Of a DNA stretch of 64,000 nt, positions 39,101 to 54,653 are shown piece after piece. A model generated the notes under the pieces. That model was not told the origin of the DNA, made no database searches, and worked only from the letters and a program-made list of their open reading frames with translations. The stretch comes from Octopus bimaculoides (lineage: Eukaryota). Where the stretch lies: contig NC_068986.1 in NCBI RefSeq assembly GCF_001194135.2, forward strand, positions 30,367,495 through 30,431,494, written 5' to 3'. Within the stretch, counting starts at the first letter, position 1, and each line of letters opens with the position of its first letter. A program made the translations under genes and the position numbers.

Positions 39101-39844
39101 ATACCATGAAAATATGAAAACTTAATATTGCTGAAAATATATTTGAAAATTTAAACAATAAAATCATTTTGAATTATTAATATAATAAATCCAATTCTAG
39201 TTAGAAATAAATAATTTGAACATAACTTGAAATTGGAAACCCAGAACATTTCTGTATTGAACAAAATTTATTGCAGTTACCTTTAACTTTTTATAGAAAA
39301 ACAAATCTTGATGTTAGCATTAACTTGATACTCTAATCAGTGGATTAGCAGAATCTTTACAGTATCAGGCAAAATGCCTTGTGGTATTTCTTCAGTCTCT
39401 TTTTATTTTCTAAATTTCAAGTCCCACTGGTGTCAACTTTGTCTCTCATCCATCCGGAATTAATACGATAAAGTATCAGTCAAGTACTGGAGTTGGTTTA
39501 ATAAACTTGGCCGCCCCCGTTCCCGAATTTATGGCCTTGTGCCTATATTAGAAATAGTGTTATGCACTACTTCTACAATAATTTTTCAACCAATATTCTC
39601 TACTTCTAAATTGCTAAAATTTCTAAATCCTCAAGAGAAGTGACTGTGTGGTAAGTAGCTTGCCCACCTGCCACATGTTTCCGAGTTCAGTCCCACTACA
39701 TGGCACCTTGGGCGAGTATCTTCTACTATAGCCTTGGGCTGACCAAAGCCTTGTGAGTGGATTTGGTAGACGGAAACTGAAAGAAGCCCGTCATATGTAT
39801 ATGTGTGTGTGTGTGTGTGTGTAATGACTGAATGGATTTAGTGA

Positions 39845-40104
39845 ACTGAAAGAACAGTTCAAAGTTGATCCAGACTTTTCTTCGAAGGTCATCACTGGTG
39901 ACGAAAACTGATGTTATGGAATTTGCAGATGTGGAAGAGGTGAAGGAAAAAAAAACAATGGAGGTGTTAAAAAGTATCACTTTGCAAGAGTTTAGGCCCT
40001 GCTTCGAATGGAGAATACTTTGGTGATAAAAGTGTAAACATATAAAACTAAGTGAATAAAATAGCATTGCAAAATTCCAGTTTATTTTGGATACCCCCTT
40101 GTAT
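39845..40104 (+). mobile_element. Internally deleted mariner 3' fragment with TIR
   Basis: KVDPDFSSKVITGDEN (first catalytic D motif TGDE) joined to FADVEEVK...; the end ccagtttattttggatacccccttgta resembles the TIR at 42888-42917. Confidence 0.7.
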
Positions 40105-40314
40105 ATATATATATATATATGTGTCATGTAAAAAGCACATAGTACATTCTGGATAGTGGTTGGCATTAGGAAGGGCATCCAATCATAGAAACCATACCAA
40201 AACAAACAATTGGAGCCTGGTGCAGCTCTCCAACTGGCCAGCTCCCATCAAACCATCCAGCCCATGCCAGCATGCAAAACATGTTAAATGATGATGATGA
40301 TGGTGATATATAAA

Positions 40315-40347
<33 letters not shown>

Positions 40348-40348
40348 G

Positions 40349-40389
<41 letters not shown>

Positions 40390-40699
40390 NNNNNNNNNNN
40401 NNNNNNNNNNNNNNNNNNNNNNNNNNNNNNNNNNNNNNNNNNNNNNNNNNNNNNNNNNNNNNNNNNNNNNNNNNNNATATACACATACTTACATGCACAC
40501 ACACACACACACATACACGCATTCTCTGAGTGGTTGGGGTTAGGAAGGGCATCCAGCTGTAGAAACTCTGCCAAATTAGATTGGAGCCTGGTGTAGCCAT
40601 CCAGTTGCACCAGTCCTCAGTCAAATCGTCCAACCCATGCTAGCATGGAAAGCGGACGTTAAACGATGATGATATATAGATAGATAGATATACACATAT

Positions 40700-41355
40700 T
40701 TATATTGCGAGCTTGGACACTAAACCCCACTTGCGAAGACCTGTTGAGGCAAGTGAAATCGAAATCGAACTAAATTCAATGACTGGCACCCATGCCAACG
40801 TCTCCTTCATTGGACACAAAACTCGGCTTGTGAAGACCTGTTTGGGCAAGTGAAAGTGAAATCGTGATGGCACCTGTACCAGTGGAGTGCTAAGAGCACC
40901 GTCTGAGCGCGATCGTTGCCAGAGCAGCTGTCNNNNNNNNNNGCTAAGAGCACCGTCTGAGCGCGATCGTTGCCAGAGCAGCTGTCTGGCTTCCGTGCCA
41001 GTGGCACATAAATAGCACCATTTGAGCGTGACCATTACCAGTGTTGCCGGCACATGAAAAGACATTCTAGTGAGGTCGTTGCCAGTACCGCTGGACTGGC
41101 TCCTGTGCAGGTGGAACGTAAAAAACACCTTTTTGAGCGAGGCCATTGCAAGTACCGTGTGACTGGCCTTTGTGCCGGTGGCACGTAAAAGCACCCACTA
41201 CACTCTCTGAGTGGTTGGCGTTAGGAAGGGCATCCAGCTGAAGAAACTCTGCCAAATCAGATTGGAGCCTGGTGTAGCCACCTGGTTCACCAGTCCTCAG
41301 TCAAATGGTCCAACCCATGCTAGCATGGAAAGCGGACGTTAAATGATGATGATGA
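40700..41355 (+). mobile_element. Long RTE-type 3' UTR copy
   Basis: Collinear with 26995-27619. Shorter copies occur at about 9446-9660(-), 16318-16520(-), 18651-18912(+), 24608-24800(-), 32066-32420(-), 40130-40302(+), 40520-40672(+), 49654-49822(-) and 56450-56592(+). Confidence 0.75.
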
Positions 41356-41530
41356 TATATATATATATATATATATATCCCAATATAAAAATGCTAACAA
41401 TATTTTAGGTTCCCATAACAGAATCACTAAAAGAACTGCAGTTAAGAAACCATCAATATACATAAATTCATGTCATATACGCTTCACATTAAAAAAAAAG
41501 TCATGAAAATCAACATGTACAGAGTCATGT

Positions 41531-41682
<152 letters not shown>

Positions 41683-42564
41683 GAATATGAGACATGATCA
41701 TAAATAAAAATAACTGAAATCATTTTTATTTATATAATGTACTGCTCTATTTTTCTAGGATTTTATAAAACTACTATATAATATTTTACAAATACATAAA
41801 ATTACAAAGAAAAAGACTGATGGCCATTTTATTTCCTAAAGACAGACAATATATTGAAAAGTTCTAGGACAATATTATATTTCAGAAAGCACTTTACATT
41901 ATTGCATCAGAATGTCTAGTTTTTTTCCATTTTATTTTTATTGATTCATAACATTTTGGGAAATCTATCATCACCATTATTTACTGTTGTCTTTACAAAG
42001 AAATATTTATATTTCCAGAATGGATGAGTTGTATAAAAGTTATGTATATAATATATACAACCAAAAGTATATGTGCATACGCAAACATGCGTATGCTGCA
42101 TTGTATGAGACAGCATATGTATGTGCATGTGGAAATGCATATATGTGGCGTGTGTGTGCACTCGAAGTCAAATCTGAAGCTGCACGTTCACAAATGTATA
42201 CAGCAAGAATTATGTGTAAAAACACAGCAAAAAAAGATGAGATAATATCAATGCCCATGTATAAAACCATGCATATTACTGGCTCGGTGCATTAAATAAA
42301 TAACCACCATAAATACAAATGCATAACCCACCCCTCAAAACATGTAGAAATCACTCAAATACACCCACTCAAATATATATAAAAGGCTTATGAACAGATG
42401 TGTGTGTGTGCACGCCACATAAAAAGCACTGGTGCTGGTGTCACAGATAAAGCACCCAAGACACTCTGTAAAGTAGTTTGCATTACAAAGAGCATCAAAC
42501 CAAGTCAAAACAGACTATGGAACCTGGTGCAGCCCCTGGCCTTGCCAACGCCTGTCAAGCCACC

Positions 42565-42917
42565 ACTCCTAAAGCATGAAAACCACTCATAAACCTGTGT
42601 TTTGCTCATGGAAGAATCTTTGTAAGCTGTTTGAAGCATGGCAACTGTTTCAGCCACCATTTTCCCCAGCAGAAAACAGAATTCCACAAAAGCACACTGT
42701 TCCTTCATTTCAGCCATCTCAAAAAACAATGAACATGCTAGAAGCACTGCAAAACAAAGATGCACCATATGGCAGTATGACATGACTGGACAATGCCAAT
42801 CGGCAGACTGATGCCTAAGAATTGCATCAAGTGGCTTCTAGCAGCAGTAGCCTGAATTACAACGGGCTTGTCCCACAGAGAACATTTCCAGTTACTTTTG
42901 GGTACCCACTCATATAT
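42565..42917 (-). mobile_element. Mariner element 5' fragment (TIR and transposase N-terminus)
   Basis: EMKEQCAFVEFCFLLGKMVAETVAMLQTAYKDSSMSKTQVYEWFSCFRSG is a mariner HTH region. TIR tatgagtgggtacccaaaagtaactggaa. Confidence 0.8.
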
Positions 42918-44351
42918 ATTAGATACATATGCATACACACATGGTAGTGGATTGTGAAATCACTTCCATATTAAACAATAAACAAAATGGCTTATTAGGT
43001 TCCCAGTTCAAAAGCTACTCAGAAACTTTACCTTCTATTCTTTCAAGGTTAATATGATACCTTTGAAGGTGGTGGTCAAATATGCTACAGTCAAATGACT
43101 AGAACCAGTAAAGGAATAAATGAAAAAAATAGAAATATACATATATGTCCACACATGCATATACATACATATATACACACACACACACATTGAGTCCTTA
43201 GACAAAATGATAACTTATGGGACTTGCTTCCACAGATACACATACATAAAGATAGATAGATAGATATAGACAGAGAGAAATAGATAGATAGATAAACAGA
43301 ATGCTTTTGGCTATTTAATTATTAACAATGCTATAGCATTATCCACAGAAAACTATTATCTGAAGTATTTTCCAAACACACACCTATAGAGGTGAGAATC
43401 TATATTTATATTGTTTTACCTATAGTTACACTAATTTTATATAAACTCTTCTCCAGGCTGGTTTTACAGTTGTTCTCTATCTTCTCACCTTCTTCTTCTA
43501 TTATTATAATATGTATTTTACACTGTACATATCATTACAGCTTTGTGATTTTGGCTCGTATTGTTTAATATTTTTTGTTGTTTTTGCTTGTTTTTGGTTG
43601 GGTCTTTTTTTGTATTGTTCTATACGATAATATAAACATACTGGTCTTCATTTTTCACTTGCAATAGATTTCCACTGGCTGCACACGTGAATATGGCTGT
43701 GTGCACGGGAAGGAGAGAGAAAGAGGGAACACAATAGTCAGGGAAAAGATCTGATAATACACTTTCACCTTGGAATCAAGAAAGAAACACACACACACGT
43801 TACACGTATGTCAAAGAAGAAGAAGAAGGAGGAGGAGGAGGAGGAGGAGGAGAAGAAGAAGAAGAAGAAGAAGAAGAAGAGAGTGGTGAAGGAAATTAAC
43901 AGTTGCCCAAAATGAAACAACTCATAGAAAACAATTGCTCTATCTTTCATCACAAGCACATGCTGGCTTGTCAACAGCTCGTATTTAACTCTTTTACTGA
44001 CTGACTAGACATATACCAAAAAGAGGCTTGTAGCTAGCTTATACAATAGAACTAGAGATATACAGTATAAGCAGTGTCAGCTATGAATCAACTGGCTGCC
44101 TATTATGATGACTCAGCTATCTGATAATGTACTGTGACCAGCGTTGGTTAAGACACATGTATCATGAATGAAACACAACTAAAAATGCATTTGAATTGCT
44201 TTGTAAATTTATCATTGCTAAATGTGTCTCAGAGGTTTTTAATCCTCTTAAATGGGTTACTTTCAATCAACAGTAAATACCATTAAAGATGAGATGGCAA
44301 ATGAAGATATTAAGGCTCTTGTTATCACTGTCACCTTTATGGATCTTTTCT

Positions 44352-44546
44352 TTTTTTACTTGTTACAGTCATTACACAGTGGCCAAACTGGAGCATTGCC
44401 CTGAAGAATTTTACTCAAATAAATCAAGCCCAGTACTGATTTATTTTAAGCCTAGTATTTATTTTATCATGCTATATTGCTGAACCACTAAGTTACAGGG
44501 ATGTAAACACATCAACATTGGTTGTCAACTGGTAACAGGGAATAAG

Positions 44547-44606
<60 letters not shown>

Positions 44607-44745
44607 ATGGGCTTCTTTCAGTTTCTATCTACCAAAACCATTCACAAGGCATTAGTCATCCAGGTGTTATAGTAGAAGACACTTATCCAAGGAGCCATAA
44701 AGTGGGACTGAACCCAGCACCACGTGGATGGGAAGCAAACTTATA
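44352..44745 (-). mobile_element. SINE family S2, diverged copy
   Basis: Similarity to other S2 copies; internal (CA)n/(TA)n. Confidence 0.7.
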
Positions 44746-47700
44746 TATTACAGTAAAATCTACCTATAACAACAAATTCACAGTAAAATTTGCTTGAGTT
44801 ATTGCCAAGTCTTCACATTTTTAGTCTTGACCCAATGCCTATTTTTTACATAATGAATTTGCCTACCATATATACTATTCTACTTTGCATAAAACTTTAG
44901 CTATATTGGTACTTCTGGCTCTCATTTTTTAAGTATTCTAGCGTGTCAATATATTAACAAAATGATGGTACTTTTTTTTAATTATAATGTTACTTTATAA
45001 ATTAAAATCAAATAATTTTTAATATTCAAATTTTATCCTTAGCTGCAATATTTTAAGGAAAACATTTCTTGTTCTGTACTTTACCAAATATAATGACTTG
45101 TCCTGTACTTTTCAAGGTTTATAATCTTAAGAATATTATTTCTCTTGCTCGCATTTTTCCATGTAATCCATGTTTTTTTCCAGGCTATGCTATTATGCTA
45201 ATTAATAATGTGTCAATTAATAATTTAAGATTTTACTTTATTGAAAATTGAATAATAACTCAATAAATTTCTAAATAATATTTTAATTTTTAATACAGAT
45301 GATGTAATTAAACTAATTGCAAATTAGTGGGGTCATTGATAATTTTTTCCTTACCTCAATGATGTTGGTGACATATATTAAAAGTCCCCTTACTGAACTA
45401 TATTCATAAAAAAGTATAGAACTATATTATCACCCTCAAATTTGAGAAACAAACACTCAACTTTTTTCTTTTAAAACTTCATTGCATGAGATTGATACCA
45501 TGAAATTCCTTGAATTGAGCTCTATCATTTAAACTTAATCAAAATATAGTTTGTTTTTAAAATAAAAAAGTTAACTATACTTAAATCCAATTTTTTGCCT
45601 TACATTTTTTTCATGACATTTTATCTCACAACTTTTTTAATACAAATTTTTGTTGCATGGGACCAAAACTATGAAATTCCTTATGCTTTCTTCTATCATT
45701 GAAGCTAAGATAAATATATTTTGCTTTTGAAATAAAAAAAAGTTATTTAGATCTAAATTTGACTGGAGGCATTACTTACTCTCCTATAATGTTGCTACAA
45801 ATTTTGATGTAAACTTTTTTCTACTGGACCAAATCTCAATTTTTTTTAATACCACAATGTAGCTAGGGACCAGTCCTCTTCAAAAATGTTAATAGTTTCC
45901 AATTTGGTTAAGAACTGAATTAGCGACAAAGCTCTGAAGATGCCGCATGTAAGTAAATCGTGGCCTTAAGAATATTATCCAACTACCACCGTAGTTGAAT
46001 GACAGCAAACACTTCTCCAAAATGTTGCTGTACTATGGGGTTAAATCCAGAATCACGTGGTTACAAAGAGAACTGAACTATACAGTGATTCCTACTAACA
46101 CCTTTATGACAACAACCAATATTCCCTTCCTTCTGAACATTCATTGTGCTGTCATCATAAGAAATGCAGAAGTGATTGATAAAATACTTTTCAATATTTA
46201 GTTAGACTGAGGTAAGTAGTAACTAGTTTATAAGGATTAGCAAACCAGGAAGAATGCTTAGCAGCATTTCGGCCATTGTTTTTAATTTAGGCACAAGGCC
46301 AATAATTTCGAAGTGAGTTAGGTTAATCGATACCATTGCCCCCCCCCCCTTATTTTATTGCTCTTGAAAGAATCAAAGACAAAATTGACCTCAGCAGGAT
46401 TTGAACTCAAAATGTTAAGAGTCAAATGCCTAAGTTAATTTTAAGGTGGTTTTACTTCATTTCGTGATATTCACATTGCATTCTCTTTATGTAACAATTA
46501 TGTCCCATCTTCTACAGGAAATTGATAATTTGCAAATCATATTTTTTTTGCAACCATTCCATATCTCCTTCCACAGCCACCCCTGCTCTTACGGCTTTCA
46601 TGTATTTGATCTGCTAGTCATATGGATTTGTTCTTGCTACTCAGGCCAATCTGCTATTAGTTCTCCATAGACTTTGACTTAGGATTAGTGTTGAAATAAT
46701 GATTAGATTTGTAAGTCTGGCAATTCACTTGTGGCATCTCCATCAAAGATAGAATCTTTGCATGCAAGAGTCGTCTTCAGTTCCGTTCTATATTTCTTCT
46801 CTCATCCATTACAAACTGCATAAGTTCTCATGTGATTTTAATAGCAATATTTTAGTTTAATGAATGTATTAGCATGTTTAATCAACAATGAACTGATGTG
46901 GGGCTGATCTTTGCTTTCCAAACCAAACGTAGAAAATGTACAAAACCATAAACATCTTAAAAGAGAAATTAATTATCTGCTTCTGTATGAGTAAATCAAT
47001 GCGCCATTAATAAAACTTTTCCCTGTAAATCTTTCAATGCTGATTGCAGCCTTTTGTTAAATAGTGAATGCTATTAACATTTAAACCTTTCAAGTTCAAA
47101 GTTTGCTTTTAGCAGACAGAAAGTTACATAAAATAGGTTACAACCTTCAAAGGGTTTCGAATAGCTTGAATCAAACTTTTAAAACCTTCTTTAATGCTTT
47201 CGCTTCAGTTTGTCCCATTAAATACATGAATTCTATTGAAGTTCTGCAATGCGCATTGCATCTGAAAGGGTTAAAATGCATATTTTATTGCAGTTCTAGT
47301 GAGAAATGTAACTTAGCTTATACAATATGCTGCCATGAATGATTTCTGACGTAACAACAATTCAGATTTATAGGAGTTGGGGGAAGAGAATGTCTTAATA
47401 TATCCTCAGTTACATTTGATTCTGTCAGTCAGACATAACAATACTTACTATCAATATTATTATAATTATCAAAACGACAAACTGGCAGAATCATTAGCAT
47501 GCTGGGCAAAATGTTTAGCAATATTTTGCTTGTCTGCACATTCCACATTTTTGCTTTCAAATGCTACCACCCGCTGGCTAGTTGAGCAAGCCAACAGTCC
47601 CCTTGATCGAGAGGTTCATCCGTCGCAGGGTTACCCATTTACAAGTGAGTGGACTGGAGCAACGTGAAATGAAGTGTTTTGCTCAACACAATGCACAGTT

Positions 47701-47754
47701 GGTCTGAGAATTGAAACCACAATAAGGCTATGAATGCACACATACAAACACACG

Positions 47755-48140
47755 TTGTTGTTGGCACTCCGTCACTTACAACGTCGAGGGTTCCAGTTGA
47801 TCCAATCAACGGAACAGCCTGCTCGTGAAATTAACGTGCAAGTGGCTGAGCACTCCACAGACATGTGTACCCTTAACGTAGTTCTCGGGTATATTCAGCA
47901 TGACACAGTGTGACAAGGTTGACCCTTTGAATTACAGGCACAACAGAAACAGGAAGTAAGAGTGAGAGAAAGTTGTGGTGGAAGAGTACAGCAGGGTTCG
48001 CCACCATCCCCTGCCGGAGCCTCGTGGAGCTTTAGGTGTTTTCGCTCAATAAACACACACAACGCCCGGTCTGGGAATCGAAACTGCGATCCTACGACAG
48101 CGAGTCCACTGCCCTAACCACTGGGCCATTGCGCCTCCAC
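47755..48140 (-). mobile_element. Full-length tRNA-derived SINE (family S1), second copy
   Basis: Reverse complement aligns end to end with 3890-4272. Confidence 0.85.
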
Positions 48141-48729
48141 TACAAACACACATATATATAGTTTGTGTGTCACAAATGTCAACAAAGAATAGTAGAGGAG
48201 GGAATAATGTGAGAGAGAAAGAGAGAGTGAAGGATGGCAACAAAGGTAAATGATGGTAAGAGTGATGGTAAGAGTAGAGATGGGGGATGGTAAGAGAGCA
48301 TGGTGGGTGTCAATGAAGGGTAATAAGAGGTGGAGAGGCAGAGAAGGGATGATGGCTAGCAGTGAAGAAGGATAATGGGTTACTGAATATGTGCAGGTCT
48401 GAGGATATCCCTCATTAAACAAGCATCATGATGGAAGTGAAGCAGAGTGATAAAGAGAGTTAATAGGTGGGTGAATGGGTGAGGGGATCAAATGAGGATA
48501 GAGCCAATACTACTTACTCCTTAGTAAGCTGGTGGGATACAGTGAATAGGAGTGATGGTGAGTGACAAGGTGACAGAGTAGTACAGAGATCAGTAGATGG
48601 AAACTCAACAGGAATATAGTATAATGGACAAGAGACAGTGAACCACTACATGCATGCTGTATCCATTGCTGAAATCCTTGCTAGTTCTAACCATGCATGA
48701 CCCTCACATACCATTCATTTTCACCTAGT

Positions 48730-49020
48730 TTTTTTAATGACCACCAGACTGCAGTACAATAAACTCTGTCAAAGGCCTTCCCCAGATCAACAGGTGCTCG
48801 GTGTAGAGGCTTATTTCTAGATTAGCATTTCTCCTGCAGGAAGAAAACATCAGTTCCGGGTACAAAGCTGAATTGCATATCATTTTGACAACTCGATTGT
48901 ATATGCAACTGATTAGCATGTGACCTACTTTGCTAGATATTTTAAGCATCTCAGGATCTATCTCTGAAAGACCACCTGTCTTTTCTGCAACTGTGGCCAA
49001 ACAGCTGTTAACTTCAATAG
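48730..49020 (-). pseudogene. RTE-clade LINE fragment
   Basis: KTGGLSEIDPEMLKISSKVG...NRVV is homologous to the 12530-12830 segment. Confidence 0.6.
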
Positions 49021-49619
49021 CTGGTCTCTTTTGGGGGGTCTACTTGGTGAATGCCCTCTCTCCCACTCCTGCATTCCCTTGCGTCAACTATACATAGATG
49101 CATTTTCTATTACCTTTTACTGGTTTCAGTCATACAACTACAGCCATGTTGCATCACCACTTTGCAGGGTTTAGTTGAACAAATCAACCCCAGTGCTTAT
49201 TGTTTTAAAGTCTGGTGCTTATTGTTTTAAAGTCTGGTGCTTAAAATCAAAATCAGTGGTCAAGGAGTAACAAAGGGAGAAGATAAACTCAGAGACACAC
49301 ATATGCACACACATTATATATGTGAAACCATTAAACCAGACACATTTCTTGCTCTCTCCATTTTCTTACCCCATTCCTTTCTGTTGAAAAGAATAGGCTC
49401 AAAACATCAAAGACTGCCATTTTTCCTGAAAGTGAAATTAACATAACTTGTTCGTTGTTTCCCTCACCTATCTCTGTCTCTTGTACATTGGCACCATATA
49501 TATATACTCAACATATTTAAGTCATTATTCAGTTGTTTTAGATTTTTAGATACAACTAAAAATATCTATATTAACATGTGTGTGCGTGTCTGTATGTATA
49601 CATACATATAAATGCAAAT

Positions 49620-49656
<37 letters not shown>

Positions 49657-52600
49657 TCATCATCATCATCATCATCGTTTAACGTCCGCTTTCCATGCTA
49701 GCATGGGTTGGACGATTTGACTGAAGACTGGTGAAACCGGATGGCAACACCAGGCTCCAATCTAATTTGGCAGAGTTTCTACAGCTGGATGCCCTTCCTA
49801 ACGCCAACCACTCAGAGAGTGTATGTATCTATGTATGAATATCAATGTTTATTTTATGTTAAGTTATAATAAAAACAATTTTACGTTAAACTGTAGGATT
49901 ACTCAATACTTTTTGCAGAGTACAAATTTATTATTCTTTAACAAGAATAATAAATACATATATCTATATCTATATATAAATGCACACACATATATTTGCT
50001 CTTGTACCAACTTATAGTAAACACTCAAAATATCTATTTAGCAATCTACTCACTTTTCCGTCTATCTTTTTCTTCAGTTTTTTTGTTTTGTTTTTTTTTT
50101 TTTAATTTAATGACAAAATGTAATCAATATTTTCCTTCAGAACAACAACTTAGCCATTGATCAAATTACATCAACATATTACAGCAGAGAAATGAAGTCA
50201 GAGCATAGAGTAAAATATTAGCTAAATGCTTATATTAGAACTAGAGTTATGTGTGGGCTAATATATTTAATGCATCAAAAGAGAATTTTTAACTAACTGA
50301 ATTTACCATCCCCTTACCACCACCCTTCCTTACAGTTAACCATCATTCTCTCATTACATCATCCCCTCTGTCCATAACTCCCACTCTCTTACCTGTCTGT
50401 ATTGTCATCATTCATTCACCACCAACCATATTACAGAGTATGTTTGATGTGTTTTATCATGGCACATGCCCAAAAGATGTTGTATTGTCTCCAGCAAAAC
50501 TGAAGGTGTCCTTTCTGTCCTATATAGTCTCTGCTCAACAACCAGATTACAGAGTATCCTGGGTATGATTAAATGATGAAGACCACCATCACAACTGACA
50601 ACAATTGTACCTCAGTAAAATTATCTTATTGCAACTCTTTCTTACAGTACTCTCTCTCTCTCTCTCCCTCCCTTGCTAACTTGCCATGTTTTCTTTTCCA
50701 ATTATTCTTCTTCTATAAAACTATCTCCTTGTTCTCATGCTTTTTCTCCCAATATGTCACTCATGTTGCTCCTATTCAATCTGCTTACCAACAATCCTCA
50801 TAAAGCTGTTAATCACACATACACACAGAATCTCTCTCTTCTTTTACTGTCCTCTTTATCATCCTTTCACTCTTCTCCTCTTTCATCTGCCAGGCACAAG
50901 ACAACCCACAGATGCCAATGAACCAAAGTAGGTTAGAGAAGACACTTTAGTCTTGTCAAAGACCTGATAACTTCTCTTGTGTTGCTGCCATGATAAAACA
51001 CTTTTCCCCTTAATATTATGTAATGTGGGTGAATGAATGAAGTTAATATAGGACTGAGAAAATATTTTAGTCTTGTAGAGCCCTGTGCCCTGGTAAAATG
51101 CATCTAGGACATTCTAAACGAGTGACAATAATAAAGGCAGTCAAGCATAGAAAAATGCCAAAAACAAAACAAATAAGTAAGATGGTGATCCCATCCCATC
51201 TTGGAGAGCAGTAACTCCAAATGAGAACTGATTTGGTCCATGATGATCCAGTCAATCCATGCCAATATGGAGAAGTGGGTGTAAAAAAAGATGATAATAA
51301 TGATAGCAGTCATGATTGTGGTGGTGAGGAGGAGGAATTTGCATCCGTCATGAAGAGCGACTCATGACTGTCAATGAATATTCTTGTCAAAAATGGCAAT
51401 GGAAAGAACTCTAAAATTTAGATTCCTTTATTTAAAACAAAAATATGATATTCCCTGATTTGTTCTAATGTACTTTTCATTTCAAATAGTATTGGGGCTA
51501 GTATAGGGTTTCTTGAGTGATCCATCAAGAAGCTAGTACAACACTGTAGAATCTAGGAATTCCATAATCTACAGCAACAAACAAAAATACACACTCTAAA
51601 GAAAGTACAGTGTGAAATGGGTGGACAAGAGTATTTTTAATTACTTAGAGTGCTTAACAAAAGCCAGTGGCACAATAAAATACACTCAGTCTGCTCTATA
51701 ACCAATTGGTGATAGGAAAGTCATCCATTTATAAAAATCATACAAAAAAATGTTAGCTGGGATTTTCTCTGTTGCTGCATGGACCAGATGATGGAAAATT
51801 GTGGACGAGTGATGAAATGCTGCCTGACCCATCCGAAGACTTGTGGAAGCTCCAGAGAAAATACTTGCTGGGAAAGAATATGATTAAAATTCTGTAAGTG
51901 CTCTCATCTGGTATGTCTCCTGAAACATTTCGATGCTGATTAACTAAGATAATAAAGACTGAAATAATTTGAGTTTCACAAAAAGATTTCCTTTGTTGGA
52001 AAGTCCTTCTACATTTTTCCTTTGTAACTGAATAATGATCTAAAGGAATGAGTCATAAATCAAATTTGTAGGAGACACACACACACACACACACACACAC
52101 TAGGCAGACAGAACTATAAACCCACTGAAAACACAAAAAAAAGAGAGACAAACAGACATAACATATAACTCTAGAGTTAGAAAACAGGCAGATAAAGAAA
52201 CAACACACACAGACATAGATGAACACAAATGCAGGCAAACAAACGCAATAGTCTCTATACAATATTTAACGTTATTGGATTTCCTCTTCTTCTGTTCATT
52301 ACTTCCATACACTTTCTCTTTCTCTAAATTATCTTGTTTACTCACTTTCAATTCCTTCATCTTAATCATCATTTTCATTATATCTCTGATGTCTTTGTAT
52401 TAAAAAACATTAGGAAGTAAAAAAAAAAGACATAAAAAATATTATCCTTGAGATTATTACAAGTCTTTTCAATACTTCACAACAAAAATAACATCCAAAA
52501 GAAAAAATAATAATAATAACAATTCTATTAATATTTATGGTTATAGATTTATTTTAGTGAGTATGAATTCTACAGTCAGTTAGAAAGAAGATACTGACCA

Positions 52601-52949
52601 ATATAGGCTGGTAAGGATATTTGTTGTTGATGAAATTACAGAAAAATCAATATGAGGGAGACTAGTTGCCTATTGTATTATATATTTTGCACAAGAATAA
52701 AGGGAGCTGAGCATGCTAAGGTGTATTGATATAACACAATATAACAATACAATGCAAAGGAAAAACACAACCCTAAAAACTAAATGGTTTCAGACATACA
52801 TAAATGTTGTATATATATATATATATACACAAACATATACACACATACACACACATGCATACACACATATATGTTCTGTGTGAATATATTAATACATACA
52901 CGCACATATGCTCTGGGCCATGTTTGTCTTGAATGAATGGAGACAACAT

Positions 52950-53780
52950 AGAGAACTTTTTAGTTGTGAAGGGAACAAGATAGCTTCTCTAGAAGAACAG
53001 TAACTCCAAATAAGAACTTACTCAGACTATGACAATCTCCATAAACAACAACAGCATGGAAAATGATCGTAAACTTGATGATATTAACGATGATGTTTCC
53101 CCTCACCTTGCTGACAAAATCTCTGTTCATAGCTTGTATTTTCATGGCTTCATCTAGTTTGTATAGCAACCACCAAACTATACAGTATGGTACCATACAG
53201 TATGGCCATCATCAGGTTGACAATTGCTAGGTAGAATGGTTGGTTTTTGGCAAAGAATTCTCTTGTAGGTGTCTCATGACGAAGAAGACATTGGTGGTGC
53301 CTCATCTTGGCAGAAACATGGATTGTATTCACTAGTGTAGCTATAGTGCATGCTACCTGGGTGGCCCTTCTGTTTGCTGCCCACAGATCCCGCAAAAAAA
53401 AAACACATATTGCTTACAGAAGAGCCAAAAGTGGTGCCCCTTTATGAGTGCTGCCCAGGGCAGAACACCCCACCCCACCTCAGGTGCACTAGTGATTCTA
53501 TTTCATCTAAGTTAATTCCCTTTTTAATCTGCTGTGCTATCACTTGGTCCATCAGATTGATGTCTCGCAATTTGCCTCTTTGCCATTGTAGCAGATGATT
53601 AAGGCAATCCTTGGATATGACTCGTCCTTGTACTACCTGATTATCTACAAGAGTGATAAATGTGTTCCCTACCATGCTAAGTATTTCAAACATCTTAGTA
53701 CTTATTCTTGTTGGTCCACCGGATCTCTCTGCTTTCTAGCCTTAAATGCACATTTGTTGATATGTCAGTCAACTTCTGTA
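52950..53780 (-). pseudogene. Decayed RTE reverse transcriptase
   Basis: Minus strand reads GPTRISTKMFEILSMVG..NQVVQG..RDINLMDQV..INLDE, then a degenerate SLSKFLFGVTVLLEKLS resembling the LSPLLFIIVLEALS motif. Confidence 0.6.
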
Positions 53781-53819
53781 GCTAATTCTTTTGTTAGCTC
53801 CACCTGTTTTAGCAACCCC

Positions 53820-53820
53820 T

Positions 53821-53910
<90 letters not shown>

Positions 53911-53969
53911 NNNNNNNNNNNNNNNNNNNNNNNNNNNNNNNNNNNNNNNNNNNNNNNNNNNNNNNNNNN

Positions 53970-54033
<64 letters not shown>

Positions 54034-54042
54034 TCTCTCTCC
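53820..54042. repeat. Compound (GA)n-(GT)n microsatellite containing a gap
   Basis: Direct reading. Confidence 0.95.
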
Positions 54043-54223
54043 CTCTCTCTCTTTCAGGAATTCTCCTTATTCAGAAACTCCTTGTAGTGACATTTCCAGG
54101 TCTCTATCTCTTTGAGATTAACAGGAGATGAGTACCTCACTACCATTACCTACACACTCTTTGCAAACAATGTCTTGATTCACATTGACACAGAACTTTG
54201 AAATTCAGAACACTTCAGGCCTC

Positions 54224-54259
<36 letters not shown>

Positions 54260-54465
54260 ACATGGCTGTGTATTTAAGAAGCTTGTCTCAAAACCATGTG
54301 ATTTCAGGTGTCTTCTACTCTATCTCAGGCCAACCAATGCTCTGTCATATATACATATATGACAGGTTATACAGACATAAATGAATCAATGAATCAACCA
54401 GTGTTGATTAGTTATGTCTCTGTAACTTAGCAAAAGAGATCAATAGAATAAATACCAAATATCAA

Positions 54466-54466
54466 A

Positions 54467-54535
<69 letters not shown>
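54466..54535. repeat. (AAT)n microsatellite
   Basis: Direct reading. Confidence 0.95.
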
Positions 54536-54537
<2 letters not shown>

Positions 54538-54609
54538 GGGTTCAATTTGTTTGATTAAATCCTTCAAAAGGGGCCCAAGCATAACTGAAACAAGTAAAAC
54601 ATAAAAGAT

Positions 54610-54653
<44 letters not shown>

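Noticed and set aside
40889-40986. 44-bp direct repeat around a 10-N gap
   Set aside because: Same artefact pattern as at 27060.
45930-45975. CTGAAGATGCCGC...GTGGC hairpin resembling a Penelope hammerhead
   Set aside because: No GAAA core half or cleavage triplet follows the hairpin.
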